Origin: an uncultured virus (IMG/VR IMGVR_UViG_3300023214_000431)
Taxonomy: Duplodnaviria; Heunggongvirae; Uroviricota; Caudoviricetes
Length of the DNA: 64,000 nucleotides
Strand: one strand, 5' to 3'
IMG/VR virus record: IMGVR_UViG_3300023214_000431
Within the stretch, counting starts at the first letter, position 1, and each line of letters starts with the position of its first letter. Below are positions 20,084 through 29,677 of this stretch, in pieces. Position numbers and translations under genes: made by a program. The notes below the pieces were generated by a model. It was given only the letters and a program-made list of their open reading frames with translations, searched no databases and was not told the origin of the DNA.

Positions 20084-20479
20084 ATGCGTTTCTGTGCCGG
20101 GTGCGGTGCTCAGTGGGATGAGGACGCATTGACGTGCGTCGAATGCAGCGCCGACATTAGCATTACGTACAATCACTACCGCGCACCGATGTCCGGCCAG
20201 CCTTCGCGGATTGAAGTGCAGGGCGAGAAGGGGCGTGCGATAGGCGAAGCCATTGGCCGTGTTGTCGCCCCAGATCGCCCAGGCGTTCGGCTTGCGTTCG
20301 GTGTAGCGGGAAGGTTTCTTGGCCGACGTTTGGCCAAGGGCCACCCGCTCATCGCGATAGGCGCGGACCCAGAGTTCACGCCTGAATACAGGAAACCGCC
20401 GAAGAAAAAGCGCAAAGCGCGGAAGAAGACACAGAGCAAGCAGCTCACCAAGAAGCCACGCAAACGCAAGAAGGCTTGA
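20084..20479 (+). CDS. Zn-ribbon protein with Lys/Arg-rich tail
   Basis: CAGCG...CVEC. Confidence 0.5.
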   Translation: MRFCAGCGAQWDEDALTCVECSADISITYNHYRAPMSGQPSRIEVQGEKGRAIGEAIGRVVAPDRPGVRLAFGVAGRFLGRRLAKGHPLIAIGADPEFTPEYRKPPKKKRKARKKTQSKQLTKKPRKRKKA

Positions 20480-20524
20480 CAGTCTCTTGTATATTTTGAA
20501 AATACGAAATTCAGGAGCGCGTTC

Positions 20525-20794
20525 ATGGTGGAAAAGAAGATCTTGATTCCGACCGGGATGGACCGCATCCAAAACGTTGCTGTCAGCTACCGGGAAGTTC
20601 TGGCTGATGAAGTGATTGGGATGCAGGTCGATCCCAGCGGCGGTACATCTCGCAAGCCAGTGCAAGCGCCCGCCATAATCTACACCGACCGCCAGGGCAA
20701 CGAGATGATTGTCTACAACGATGATCTTGACGAGCCCGCCGACGAGGCCAACGACGAGGCCGACGACGAAGAAGACGAGGAAGCCGACACATGA
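20525..20794 (+). CDS. Small acidic hypothetical protein
   Basis: AGGAG SD; acidic C-terminus. Confidence 0.55.
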   Translation: MVEKKILIPTGMDRIQNVAVSYREVLADEVIGMQVDPSGGTSRKPVQAPAIIYTDRQGNEMIVYNDDLDEPADEANDEADDEEDEEADT

Positions 20795-21555
20795 GGATTG
20801 GTCTCGTCTCTGACTTGCATGAAGACCACTGGCTCTTGAAGACAGGTCGAAGTGCAATTGACGCGATTGAGGGAGGCGTCTGCGACGTTCTTGTCGTGGC
20901 AGGCGACCTCTTTCAGTATTCGCACGACCGGAATATGGCTATCACGAAGCTGCGCAACCTTCGCGACAAGGCCCCCGAGGTCATCTACGTGCCGGGCAAC
21001 CATGAGTATTACGACATGCACTTTGTGGAAGCGCAGCAAGCGCTGGAGTCGGCTTGTGAAAGCACGGACATCCAGTTTCTAACGGGCTCGGCTTCTTACT
21101 GCGAGCTTGGCGGGATAACTTTCGTCGGTGGTTCTTTGTGGTTCGATCTGAACGACAAGGACGTGAAGCGGTGTTTGCCTCGATGGTCGGACTCTTGCAT
21201 CGAGGGGCTGCTCAACAACATCCCGTGGTATCGCGAACAGGAGATGAATACGCTCAAGCGCTTCGCAGATCCGAACACGGTGGTCGTCACTCACTTTTTG
21301 CCGTCGTACATGAGCGTACATCACCAATACGCTGACGACCCATTCAACTGTCTCTTCGTCACTCAGGGAGCCGAAGAGATTATGCGGGAGAAGCAGCCTC
21401 GCCTTTGGTTGCATGGACACACGCACACGCCTTGTGACTATCGTCAGTACAACACGCGAGTCGTGTGCAAACCACTTGGCTACCCCGCAAGACCAAATCA
21501 AAAACCCCGCAAGATGCCTTTCGTCATTGATACCAAAGCAGGAGATCCAAAATGA
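20791..21555 (+). CDS. Calcineurin-like metallophosphoesterase
   Basis: SDLH, AGD, PGNHEYY, VTHFLP, HGHTH. Confidence 0.9.
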   Translation: MRIGLVSDLHEDHWLLKTGRSAIDAIEGGVCDVLVVAGDLFQYSHDRNMAITKLRNLRDKAPEVIYVPGNHEYYDMHFVEAQQALESACESTDIQFLTGSASYCELGGITFVGGSLWFDLNDKDVKRCLPRWSDSCIEGLLNNIPWYREQEMNTLKRFADPNTVVVTHFLPSYMSVHHQYADDPFNCLFVTQGAEEIMREKQPRLWLHGHTHTPCDYRQYNTRVVCKPLGYPARPNQKPRKMPFVIDTKAGDPK

Positions 21556-21959
21556 CAACGACCCTTGGAGTGGAAGTACAGCTAACCGTCTCGAAGACCA
21601 TGATGGTGATGGTGCCCGAAGGCGCTGACGAAAACACCGTCATCGAAGAAGCCATCAAAAAAGAAAAGCGCAAGTTCCAAACCCTGGGTTGGGTTCTCGA
21701 AAGCGTCGACGGCATCAACCCTGATCGCCGTCATGCGCACAACTCGGAAATCGACGATGACGACGATGATGACATCGACGACGATGAAGAGTACGCCGAG
21801 GATGAAGAGGCCGAGGAAGAGGACGAGGACGAAACCGAGGATGATGACGACGAAGATGATGACGAGGAAGATGAGGACGACGAGGAAGAAGAGGACGACG
21901 ACGATGAAGACGAGGAAGATGAGGACGAGGATGAAGAGGACGACGAGGACGAAGACTGA
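21552..21959 (+). CDS. Small protein with a ~70-residue poly-Asp/Glu tail
   Basis: GGAG SD; GAY/GAR codon run from ~21750 to 21955. Confidence 0.7.
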   Translation: MTTTLGVEVQLTVSKTMMVMVPEGADENTVIEEAIKKEKRKFQTLGWVLESVDGINPDRRHAHNSEIDDDDDDDIDDDEEYAEDEEAEEEDEDETEDDDDEDDDEEDEDDEEEEDDDDEDEEDEDEDEEDDEDED

Positions 21960-22237
21960 TGGACCCTCGTCTCCTGAAAGTCATCGGTGAGCTAGCCACT
22001 TCGCCGGGCATGTCGAAGATGGCCCAAATCAGCGCAAAAGCGACTGAGCTGGGCCTCGACGAAGAGCACGTCGGTGTCGCTGTGCAGGCGATCTGCCGCC
22101 TGGTCACCTCGAATCTTCAGAAGAAGGACGAGCTACGCGAGTTCGTAAATCACGTTGTCGACGGCGCTATCGAGGGGGGTCCTGAGCTTCTCGAAGCCAT
22201 CGCGAAGTTGACAAACGCTTCCGGTGAGGACCAATGA
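21959..22237 (+). CDS. Hypothetical protein
   Basis: TGATG coupling. Confidence 0.55.
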   Translation: MDPRLLKVIGELATSPGMSKMAQISAKATELGLDEEHVGVAVQAICRLVTSNLQKKDELREFVNHVVDGAIEGGPELLEAIAKLTNASGEDQ

Positions 22238-22539
22238 GCGAGCCGAAGGAAGAAGGGCTGGCCGCCACGATTGCGGCCAACACGCGCTTGCTCGAAAAGG
22301 TTCTCAGTGGGCTAGACAAGACACGCGATGAAGACTTGTTGCGTTCCATCCTGGATGCAGCGGCGCCCATCATTGAAGCGCAGAAAGCCAAAGCCGCTTC
22401 CCAACTTGCCGTCGCTCAGGCCGAAGAGCTGAAGGCGATGCTCGAATTACGGAAGACCATGCGTGAATCAGGCGAAGAAGAGACCGCCGACATCGACTGC
22501 CGAATCAAGTACCTGATGTCTCGACTCAAACAGGAGTAG
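22234..22539 (+). CDS. Hypothetical helical protein
   Basis: ATGA coupling. Confidence 0.55.
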   Translation: MSEPKEEGLAATIAANTRLLEKVLSGLDKTRDEDLLRSILDAAAPIIEAQKAKAASQLAVAQAEELKAMLELRKTMRESGEEETADIDCRIKYLMSRLKQE

Positions 22540-22545
22540 CAACAC

Positions 22546-23148
22546 ATGTTCATCGTAATCGAAGGCGTCGACGCTGTTGGAAAAACAACGGCGTGTGAAC
22601 GGTTAGCAAAGAAAGTTTCGCATGAGTTGAAGCGCGCCATCCATTCAATCGCCTTCCCGCGCTACAACACACAACTTGGCTGCACCATTCTTGCATGGCT
22701 CAAGGATGGTCGTGCTCTTGAGTACCCGCTAGCTTTCCAGGCGATGATGTCAGCAGACAAGATTGATGCTGCGACCATGCTCGAAGTGTACATGCAACGC
22801 GGTTCAGACATCGTGTGCTCTCGCTACTGGCAGTCCGCGCACGCATACGGAGTTCCGTCAGGCTCCGTCCCCCCCGAGATTCTCGCTGACTTCCACAAGC
22901 CGCTCCCGCAAGCGAACTACAACATCCTTCTTGACATGCCTATCGATGAGGCTCTGGCGCGTCGACCTGACAAGCGTGACGCCTACGAAAAGAACCCTGG
23001 CTACTTGGAAAAAGTTCGCCAGGAGTATCTGAATTTGTGGACAGCCGAACACAAGAAGTCCGAGCACTGGTCGGTAGTCGATGCCTCGAAGTCCGCCGAT
23101 GAAGTCTTCAACCACATCTGGGCGGAAATTTTTCTGACCGCCATTTGA
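22546..23148 (+). CDS. tmk: Thymidylate (dTMP) kinase
   Basis: FIVIEGVDAVGKTT P-loop, FPRY, SRYWQS.AY, DAYE...L.KVR. Confidence 0.88.
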   Translation: MFIVIEGVDAVGKTTACERLAKKVSHELKRAIHSIAFPRYNTQLGCTILAWLKDGRALEYPLAFQAMMSADKIDAATMLEVYMQRGSDIVCSRYWQSAHAYGVPSGSVPPEILADFHKPLPQANYNILLDMPIDEALARRPDKRDAYEKNPGYLEKVRQEYLNLWTAEHKKSEHWSVVDASKSADEVFNHIWAEIFLTAI

Positions 23149-23151
23149 CCA

Positions 23152-23367
23152 ATGCCCAAGTCGCTCAAGGAGCTGATGGATGAGCACGAAAAGTACATCA
23201 TCAGCACAACCCTACAAGCTAGCCGTCACAACAAAGAGCAAGCGGCGGCGGCCTTGGGCATCGACACGAAGACTCTGAAAAAGCTCTTGAAAAAACACGG
23301 CCTGGTGCGGCCACGCTTCGCCAAGCCACTCCCAATACCAGTCGGCAGAGCCGACGATGACCGATAA
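23152..23367 (+). CDS. Stand-alone Fis-type HTH protein
   Basis: SLKELMDEHEKYII..TL...NKEQAAAALGIDTKTLKKLLKKHGL. Confidence 0.75.
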   Translation: MPKSLKELMDEHEKYIISTTLQASRHNKEQAAAALGIDTKTLKKLLKKHGLVRPRFAKPLPIPVGRADDDR

Positions 23368-23385
23368 GCCTGAAAGGAAATTCTG

Positions 23386-23829
23386 ATGCCTGATCCCACA
23401 GAGCAAGTCACCGAAGATGTCGCCAACCGTGCAGTGGAGACAACCAAGCAAGTCATCACTTCACTCATCGAGCGCATCTACGATACCCAGCGCCAGATGG
23501 GGGTCTGGGAAGCGGAAGAAAACGACCCGGACAGCGAAGACCTGGGCAGCTTTCTGCTACACATCCACTCGAAAGTTTCCGCCGCTTATCAGATTCATCT
23601 GTCAGGCGATGTTGAATCCCCCGAGCCTGTCACCATCTCGGATGTTCTTCTCGAAACTTGTCTGGACTTGTTGGGGGCTGTGCGCCGCTTCGACAAAAGC
23701 TCGGGTGCGAAGTTCATCCAGATGGTCATCGAGCAAGCCCGCGAAGCTCAAGAGCTTCAAAAGGCCGAGGTCGAAAGTCTTGGCGAGTTCGAGGCTGAAG
23801 GTCTGGATGACAGCGCAGGAGAAGAGTGA
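23386..23829 (+). CDS. Hypothetical acidic helical protein (possibly degenerate MazG-like)
   Basis: ORF with SD; LLHIHSKVSAA resembles the NTP-PPase helix. Confidence 0.5.
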   Translation: MPDPTEQVTEDVANRAVETTKQVITSLIERIYDTQRQMGVWEAEENDPDSEDLGSFLLHIHSKVSAAYQIHLSGDVESPEPVTISDVLLETCLDLLGAVRRFDKSSGAKFIQMVIEQAREAQELQKAEVESLGEFEAEGLDDSAGEE

Positions 23830-23841
23830 TGGTGGCCCCCA

Positions 23842-24228
23842 ATGAAAATTCAGATCAGAAGGTACAAAAACAAAAAGCTGTTCGAGCCGACAAGGCAAAA
23901 GTTTCTGACGCTGGCAGAGGTTCGGCACCTGCTGGTGGTGGGAAACGAAATTCTGGTTCGGGACACACAGACAAACGACGACGTGACAGCTCTGGTACTG
24001 GCGCAGGTAGCCGCCAACAACCCTCCGGGCGACAACAAGGACGTTCAGCAAAAGCTGATCGAACTGATTCGCAAGGGACATCAAACCGACAGGGTTTTCA
24101 TGGGGAAAATGCAGGACATGATAAGGGCTCGCGAAAAGGCGCTGAACGAGATCATACGCGCGATGTATCCAAAGAAATTGTTGTCCGAGGGCCGAAAGAA
24201 CGCCTCCAGGAAATTCTCCCTAAGCTGA
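23842..24228 (+). CDS. PhaR-like N-terminal DNA-binding domain protein (possibly frameshifted, continuing to 24395)
   Basis: IRRYKNKKLF...FLTLAEV..L...G.EILVRD.QTNDDVT..VLAQ matches the PHB_acc_N pattern. Confidence 0.7.
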   Translation: MKIQIRRYKNKKLFEPTRQKFLTLAEVRHLLVVGNEILVRDTQTNDDVTALVLAQVAANNPPGDNKDVQQKLIELIRKGHQTDRVFMGKMQDMIRAREKALNEIIRAMYPKKLLSEGRKNASRKFSLS

Positions 24229-24433
24229 GGTATCAGCTCTTGCAAATCATTGCGCGGAACAACCGCATTCTCGCTACAACCAGGCCGGGCAACTTCCGCA
24301 AGCGAGTGGCTCAAATCTCCAAGCGCGGCAAGCACACTTCCGATCTGATTGCGCGCATCAATTACATCGAAGGTTGGCTTCGACAGGCCGAATAACCCCC
24401 AACTTCCTTACCCCCAAGAGGAAGGCGCGACAG

Positions 24434-25120
24434 ATGGTGACCAAGAAAACGACAAAGACAGCAACGAAGAAACCAGCCAAAAAACCGGCCAAGAAAACCG
24501 CGAAGAAAAAAGCGCTGACGACCAAGAGCAAGAAAGTGGTCGAGGGCGCGACAGTCGAGCCGGAGAAAGGTCCAGGTGGTCCACGCATCACCAAGGGCGG
24601 CAAGCTCGGTGTCTACACGACGCCAATGGATCTCATTTCGGCGGTGCTCAACCGTTTCGGTGCGATCACATTCGACCTTGCAGCGCTCAAGGAAAATGCG
24701 AAAGCGGCAAACTACTTCACGCCGAAGGAAGACGCTCTCAAACAGGACTGGTCAAAGATTGATGGCCTGTGCTGGCTCAATCCTCCCTTCACGTTCTTGC
24801 GGCCATGGGTAGAACGTTGTTTGGAGCAAGCACGCAAGGGCGCGAACATCCTATGTCTTGTGCCTGCCGCCGTGGGCTCTCGTTGGTTTCGGCACTACGT
24901 GCTTCATCAAGCCGATGTGTACTTTCTCGAAGGCCGTCTCACCTTCGACCAAGAGGCGGGAACTCCCTACCCGAAGGACTGCATGTTGGTTCACTTTCAT
25001 GCCGGGATGAAGGGCGCCATCGAAACTTGGGACTGGCGTGACGACATGGACCCGAAGTATATGAGCGACCGTCGCCGCAAGAAGCTGGAGAAGGAAGCAA
25101 GTGAAGCCGCAGAAGCGTAA
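24434..25120 (+). CDS. Phage-type DNA N6-adenine methyltransferase with H1-like basic N-terminus
   Basis: YTTP, FDLAA..ENAK..YFT...DAL.QDW, WLNPPF, LVPA, FLEGRLTF. Confidence 0.85.
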   Translation: MVTKKTTKTATKKPAKKPAKKTAKKKALTTKSKKVVEGATVEPEKGPGGPRITKGGKLGVYTTPMDLISAVLNRFGAITFDLAALKENAKAANYFTPKEDALKQDWSKIDGLCWLNPPFTFLRPWVERCLEQARKGANILCLVPAAVGSRWFRHYVLHQADVYFLEGRLTFDQEAGTPYPKDCMLVHFHAGMKGAIETWDWRDDMDPKYMSDRRRKKLEKEASEAAEA

Positions 25121-25349
25121 AGCGCCTGAGCCCCGAATCCAAATCTATGGGCCGTTCGTCCCCACGGGCGATCCTGTATGCGTTTGTGGCGGCAGTGTTT
25201 GCGTGGGCAGGCGCTACACTTGTCGAGGCTGCAAGCGGTTCCTTCTTTACTGCTATGGCGGTTGCGAAGAAGGCTGTGATGTTTCCGATCTGTGCGACGA
25301 TTGTTGGTGTCTTTTACACAACCTGGATGATGAGGCCGCACAAAAATAA
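25101..25349 (+). CDS. Small Cys-rich protein
   Basis: Several CxxC pairs. Confidence 0.4.
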   Translation: MKPQKRKAPEPRIQIYGPFVPTGDPVCVCGGSVCVGRRYTCRGCKRFLLYCYGGCEEGCDVSDLCDDCWCLLHNLDDEAAQK

Positions 25350-25478
25350 AGTGTGGCTTTAGTTTCCCCGCGCCGGGTTCGGGTCGTAGTATGGGCGGAA
25401 GACGGACCTGTGGGCATCCACCTCGCGGTGTAAGAGACGGCGAGGCACAGTCACCGAACCCCGGATGGGGCTCTGGGT

Positions 25479-25958
25479 CTACTCAGCGGGTGTGGGAATG
25501 GGCTCGGGGGCCTCGGCCTGCGGCGCAGGAGCCTCTTTCTGGGGCGCGGCAGCGGCGGGGGCTGTGGGAGCTTGGGGCGTTGTTGCGGGGGCCTGTGGAG
25601 CTGGGGCGGGCGCTGGCGCGGCTTGGGGCTGCGGTGGCAGCTTAACGGCCTGACCGAGCCCTCGGGTGGCCAGATCGGCGATGGTCTCCAGGGCCATTTG
25701 CCATTCGTTGGGGTTGACGGAGCCCTTCTCGGCGCCTGCACGGAGTGACTGGAATTGCTCCATGAAGGCCCGCCATCGAGGGAAGTCGTCGATGTCGAGC
25801 GGGGCTTCGTTGGGCTGTGGAGCGACGGGCTGCGCGGCCTGTGTTACGGGTTGAGCTTGCGCGGCTTGGCCAGCCTCCTGAGCATCGCGCATCTTGCCAG
25901 CGCAGGTTGCACAGGGGTTGGAATAGCCGGGGGCACCACAGTTCATACAATGAGGCAT
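25479..25958 (-). CDS. Zn-finger plus Pro/Ala/Gln-rich protein
   Basis: CMNC...CATC; leaderless start after the shared motif. Confidence 0.6.
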   Translation of the reverse strand: MPHCMNCGAPGYSNPCATCAGKMRDAQEAGQAAQAQPVTQAAQPVAPQPNEAPLDIDDFPRWRAFMEQFQSLRAGAEKGSVNPNEWQMALETIADLATRGLGQAVKLPPQPQAAPAPAPAPQAPATTPQAPTAPAAAAPQKEAPAPQAEAPEPIPTPAE

Positions 25959-25989
25959 GGCGCCATAATGTCGATTTTCGACAACGTTG

Positions 25990-26325
25990 TCAATTGAGAG
26001 CCGACTTGGGCACGTCCTGGTGGATGGCGCGCATCGCCCATTCGAGATCGTATTGCGCTTCGCTGACTTCTTCGGCAGGGGGCATGAGCTTCTTGCGTGG
26101 GCGCCAGCCTTCATCGTAGACCTTGCGGCTTGCCCAGGCGCCCGCGCCATAACCGATCAAAAAGAGGTCTTCGAGGAAGTTCATGATCTGAGGTGTTTCG
26201 TGGTCGCAGTGGGCGAGAGAAGAAGCCACACGACCGAGGATTCTTTGCACGTCCTGAAACTCTCGGACCTTCACAGCCGGAAGTTGGGGTCGTCGTTTGC
26301 GGGTCGTGGGCTTCTTCGCTGCCAT
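25990..26325 (-). CDS. Hypothetical protein
   Basis: AAGGAG SD. Confidence 0.6.
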   Translation of the reverse strand: MAAKKPTTRKRRPQLPAVKVREFQDVQRILGRVASSLAHCDHETPQIMNFLEDLFLIGYGAGAWASRKVYDEGWRPRKKLMPPAEEVSEAQYDLEWAMRAIHQDVPKSALN

Positions 26326-26335
26326 GGTGTTCTCC

Positions 26336-26539
26336 TTATTCGTCGGGCTGGTAGAAGTTGCGTTCGTTGTTGGGGCACTCGTCACGAAGAGTTGCGCAGG
26401 CGCGTTTGACGCTTGCTTCTTCAGTGCCGAAGACTTCGACGCTGTGTTCGCATCGAGCGCATGTCGCTTCGATGCCGTCTTGGTCGTAGCCCTTGTTGTT
26501 TTGGAGCGTGGTTTCTTCGATGTGGACGAGAACTTTCAT
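26336..26539 (-). CDS. Small Zn-binding protein
   Basis: CARC...C...CP..E.NFY. Confidence 0.55.
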   Translation of the reverse strand: MKVLVHIEETTLQNNKGYDQDGIEATCARCEHSVEVFGTEEASVKRACATLRDECPNNERNFYQPDE

Positions 26540-27161
26540 CGCATCCACGGCTGTTGGTAGAGGTTCGGCGTGTCTTCCATTTCCATCTTATGCCAGGCAT
26601 CGGCGAAACGAAAAATTTCCTGATCTGCGGCGCCATTGCGGCGCTCCTGGATGAACTTGGCGATGGCCATGGGGTTGCTTGTCCAAATCCACGAAGTCTC
26701 GCAGGAGTGAGGAAGGTACTGGCTGGACGCCTCGTAGATGCGCTTGCGGTCCATCCCCTTGGGGTCTTCGCCAGTCTCTTTGCGAAACGCCTCGAACCGC
26801 TGCTCGATGTAGTCGAGGTAATTGCCATAAGCGGTGTCCATGGAATCGGCCCAATGTTCGAGCGAGGCATCTTCCATCGTCGCGGGATGCACAACGAAGT
26901 GACCAGGGTGATGGGTGTAGCGTGTCGACTCCTGGCTTGGCGAGCCTTCTTCATCACGGTCGGAGCTAGGGCCGTGGTGAAGTAGTGATAACGGGCATCG
27001 GCCTCGAATTTCTCGATGGCTTCGAGGCGGACTTTCTCTCCGATCTCGACTTCGATTCTCCGATCTTTCATGCGCTGCAAGCACATTCCCAGCCACACGG
27101 AGACAGCGCTAATAGTAAAACCACAAGCTAGTTGCAGGATGAACTCGACGACGGGGGTCAT
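26421..27161 (-). CDS. Membrane-anchored protein whose frame runs through the thyX remnant (only the N-terminal ~65 aa look genuine)
   Basis: Leaderless start after the shared motif; N-terminal TM segment. Confidence 0.4.
   Translation of the reverse strand: MTPVVEFILQLACGFTISAVSVWLGMCLQRMKDRRIEVEIGEKVRLEAIEKFEADARYHYFTTALAPTVMKKARQARSRHATPITLVTSLCIPRRWKMPRSNIGPIPWTPLMAITSTTSSSGSRRFAKRLAKTPRGWTASASTRRPASTFLTPARLRGFGQATPWPSPSSSRSAAMAPQIRKFFVSPMPGIRWKWKTRRTSTNSRGCDESSRPHRRNHAPKQQGLRPRRHRSDMRSMRTQRRSLRH
26536..26965 (-). pseudogene. thyX: C-terminal half of flavin-dependent thymidylate synthase; N-terminal half missing
   Basis: SQESTRY, RKRIYEASSQYLP..CET..WTSN...FIQER...ADQEI.RFA; no RHR-type motif or credible start upstream. 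Confidence 0.65.
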
Positions 27162-27372
27162 GGGCACGGATAGTATCAAAACCCGACATTGAACGCGCGT
27201 CAAAAATTCTACCCAAAAGACTCGAAATTCGATAATCTGCCCGCATCTGGCAACACGTCCAGCGAGATCTTATTTCTTGACAAAAGCTAAAACCCCGATG
27301 GCCATCAAAGAAACCAAATGGTGAGGACTGCGAATGTGATACTTGCCAGGATCATTTTGATAAGCTGGTCAC

Positions 27373-27933
27373 ATGCGAGAGCGATGGGGAATCCCCGGTT
27401 GGTTCAACTTCTCAGGTTTCTACGACGAAGTAGCAGAGATGCTGCCTTCCCCGTGCCATATCGTCGAAGTGGGTGTCCTGTTCGGATGCTCGGCATCCTA
27501 TCTAGCCAAGCGTCTACGGGACCGGGGCACTTCGTTTCACTTCGATCTGGTCGACCCTTTCGACGAATCGAAACTTGGGTCCGAATCGAAGTCCACGGTC
27601 GAATTGCACAAGGGTTTTCGCAACGCATTCGATCACTATGCGAAAGCCGCCGCGCTCGATGGTGACAACATCAACGTGATTCCAACCATCGGCTTGAACG
27701 CGGCCTGGCGCTATCCCTTTCAATCTTTGGACTTCGTATTTCTTGATGGCGACCACACGGAAGCCAACGTCCACATGGAAATCGAAGCTTTCAGACCGCG
27801 AATGAAAATGGGCGCCATCCTTGCAGGCCACGACATTCAAGACGAAGGGGTCATGCGGGCGGTGACCAAATCCTTCGGAACGGCGTGGGAGACCAAACCG
27901 GGCAACGTTTGGATGAAGCGGGTTTTGAGATGA
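27373..27933 (+). CDS. Class I SAM-dependent methyltransferase (Methyltransf_24-like)
   Basis: VEVGVLFGCS, LVDPF, LDFVFLDGDH, ILAGHD. Confidence 0.85.
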   Translation: MRERWGIPGWFNFSGFYDEVAEMLPSPCHIVEVGVLFGCSASYLAKRLRDRGTSFHFDLVDPFDESKLGSESKSTVELHKGFRNAFDHYAKAAALDGDNINVIPTIGLNAAWRYPFQSLDFVFLDGDHTEANVHMEIEAFRPRMKMGAILAGHDIQDEGVMRAVTKSFGTAWETKPGNVWMKRVLR

Positions 27934-28802
27934 TGGTAGCACCTGTAGACATCATCATTCCGCTGCGTGCAGTCGACTTCGACCGCTTCGAGATCTCGTT
28001 GGCTTCGTATCGCCACTTCTGGAAGCTGACCCATCACATCTCGTTGTTCTGTAGGCCAGAGGAAAAAGACGAAGCCGCAAGGCGCTTCAAAGCCGAGGAT
28101 GTTTCCGTTTTCGACAAAAGGGAGATCTGCGGACCTGCATGGGACATCAAGCGCGGATGGTTTCGCGCCCAGGTTGTCAAGATGGCTGCTGCAAAGACAC
28201 TGGATGGGGACTTCTATCTGCCATCCGATCCGGACATCATTGTCACGCGAGAGGTGACGCCTGCGACATTCTTTCGTGATGGTCGTGCTCCCTACTATCC
28301 TGAGCGGACACTCGATCAAAGCGTCACACCCCACGAGCCCGACCGTTTCTACTCGCAGCAGGCTATCGACAAATCCTGGAAGCCTTTCTGCGAACGGCTT
28401 GGCTTCCAGTTTCCCGAGCGCCTCGTGCCACGAATGGTCACACCCTTGTCTGTTCAGACAGCCAGGCTTTCAACAGAGAAGCTCGCAGAAATCTTGGGGG
28501 TTGTTGACTGGCGTGAGGCTTGGCGTGAGTTGTGTCAGTCTATGCGGCCTTCGGATTTTGCGTTGTACTATTTGGTAGGAAAAGCCACAGGCAACCTGGC
28601 TCACTTCCACTACGAGCAAGCCTTCTTGGGCAAGAACATCCGCACCATCGAAGAGGGAGCGGCTTGGCGGCCTGAAGAGTGCTTTCGAGACGGCCATACA
28701 TGGTTTGCAATTGCAGTCGAATCGAAAAGCGGCGTGAGTCCTGAAGAGCTTCGCATTCGGTTGCGATCCTGGATTCCAGGGCTCGAAAGGAAAAGCGCAT
28801 GA
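27930..28802 (+). CDS. GT-A-fold glycosyltransferase-like protein (DUF6492-like)
   Basis: DIIIPL...D.RF...GWFRAQVVKM...DPDII (DxD). Confidence 0.6.
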   Translation: MMVAPVDIIIPLRAVDFDRFEISLASYRHFWKLTHHISLFCRPEEKDEAARRFKAEDVSVFDKREICGPAWDIKRGWFRAQVVKMAAAKTLDGDFYLPSDPDIIVTREVTPATFFRDGRAPYYPERTLDQSVTPHEPDRFYSQQAIDKSWKPFCERLGFQFPERLVPRMVTPLSVQTARLSTEKLAEILGVVDWREAWRELCQSMRPSDFALYYLVGKATGNLAHFHYEQAFLGKNIRTIEEGAAWRPEECFRDGHTWFAIAVESKSGVSPEELRIRLRSWIPGLERKSA

Positions 28803-28976
28803 AAGAAGAGAACCGAAAAGAGAAGGGGAAGGCGGCAGTCGATGGCGAAAGCATTCCCGAGTAGCCCCTGGTGGAAGTTCGGGCTGTACATCACAGTGAC
28901 GCTTGTGGGCTTGCTCATTCTCTTGCTCGACCGTTGAGTGAATTTCTAAGGCTTTGATAAAAGTTTCAAGATATTC

Positions 28977-29345
28977 ATGAGCGCAAACGACGTACTCAGC
29001 TTGATCTTTGGGCCCATCATATTGGTTTGCGGGGTCATGGGAATTTGGGTCTTGGTGAAGCTGAACATTGCGATCAGCGAATGGAAGAAGGATGCAATCA
29101 CCGTGACTGACATGACGGACGAGGATTTTTTGGATTACTGCTCGCTTCACTGTGGAACCGAGCGTGCACTCTTCAACTACGAGCAGGTGCTGCGCTTGCA
29201 CCAACTCGCCCGAGTCAAGGAGGTTCCGCAGTCGCCAGGCGGAGGATGGATGTCGATGGGGCCCAAGATGGTCGATCCTCTTGTCGAACGCGCACGTCGT
29301 TTTTCCAAATTTCAGGTACTGGATGGAGGTAAGAAACCAGGATGA
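28977..29345 (+). CDS. Membrane-anchored hypothetical protein
   Basis: N-terminal TM segment. Confidence 0.55.
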   Translation: MSANDVLSLIFGPIILVCGVMGIWVLVKLNIAISEWKKDAITVTDMTDEDFLDYCSLHCGTERALFNYEQVLRLHQLARVKEVPQSPGGGWMSMGPKMVDPLVERARRFSKFQVLDGGKKPG

Positions 29346-29677
29346 AAGCGCAACAAACTCTTTTCTCGATGACAGATCCGTCGCCTCTCGTGGGGGAGAG
29401 CGACCGCATCAAGACACTTGGCGCCCAAAGCATTCTCACGGAAAGGGACTTGAGAGATTTGGGCGCAGCCTGCATCCGAGTCTACTTGCTCATGAAGGAT
29501 GGTGCGTGGCACGGCGCCGACAAGATTCGTATGGCGGCAGGCAAAAACGGTCAGCCCGCAAGCGAGGGTCTTCGCCGGATGCGTGAGCTGCGAAAGTTCT
29601 TCAACATCGGACGGCGCCGTGTCCATGACACGCGCTTGTTTGAGTATCGCCTCACCAAGCGTGGCGAATTATTCTGA
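29342..29677 (+). CDS. Winged-HTH-like protein
   Basis: RVYLLMKDGAWH...GLRRMRELRK....I.RRR....FEYRL. Confidence 0.6.
   Translation: MKAQQTLFSMTDPSPLVGESDRIKTLGAQSILTERDLRDLGAACIRVYLLMKDGAWHGADKIRMAAGKNGQPASEGLRRMRELRKFFNIGRRRVHDTRLFEYRLTKRGELF

Noticed and set aside
24051..24063. Self-targeting by spacer 5 (shared AAAGCTGATCGA)
   Set aside because: Only about 12 nt at the spacer's distal end, compatible with chance
25405..25470. HDV-like ribozyme (local similarity to HDV wording)
   Set aside because: The P3 loop is too short and no consistent P1/P1.1/J4-2 arrangement could be built
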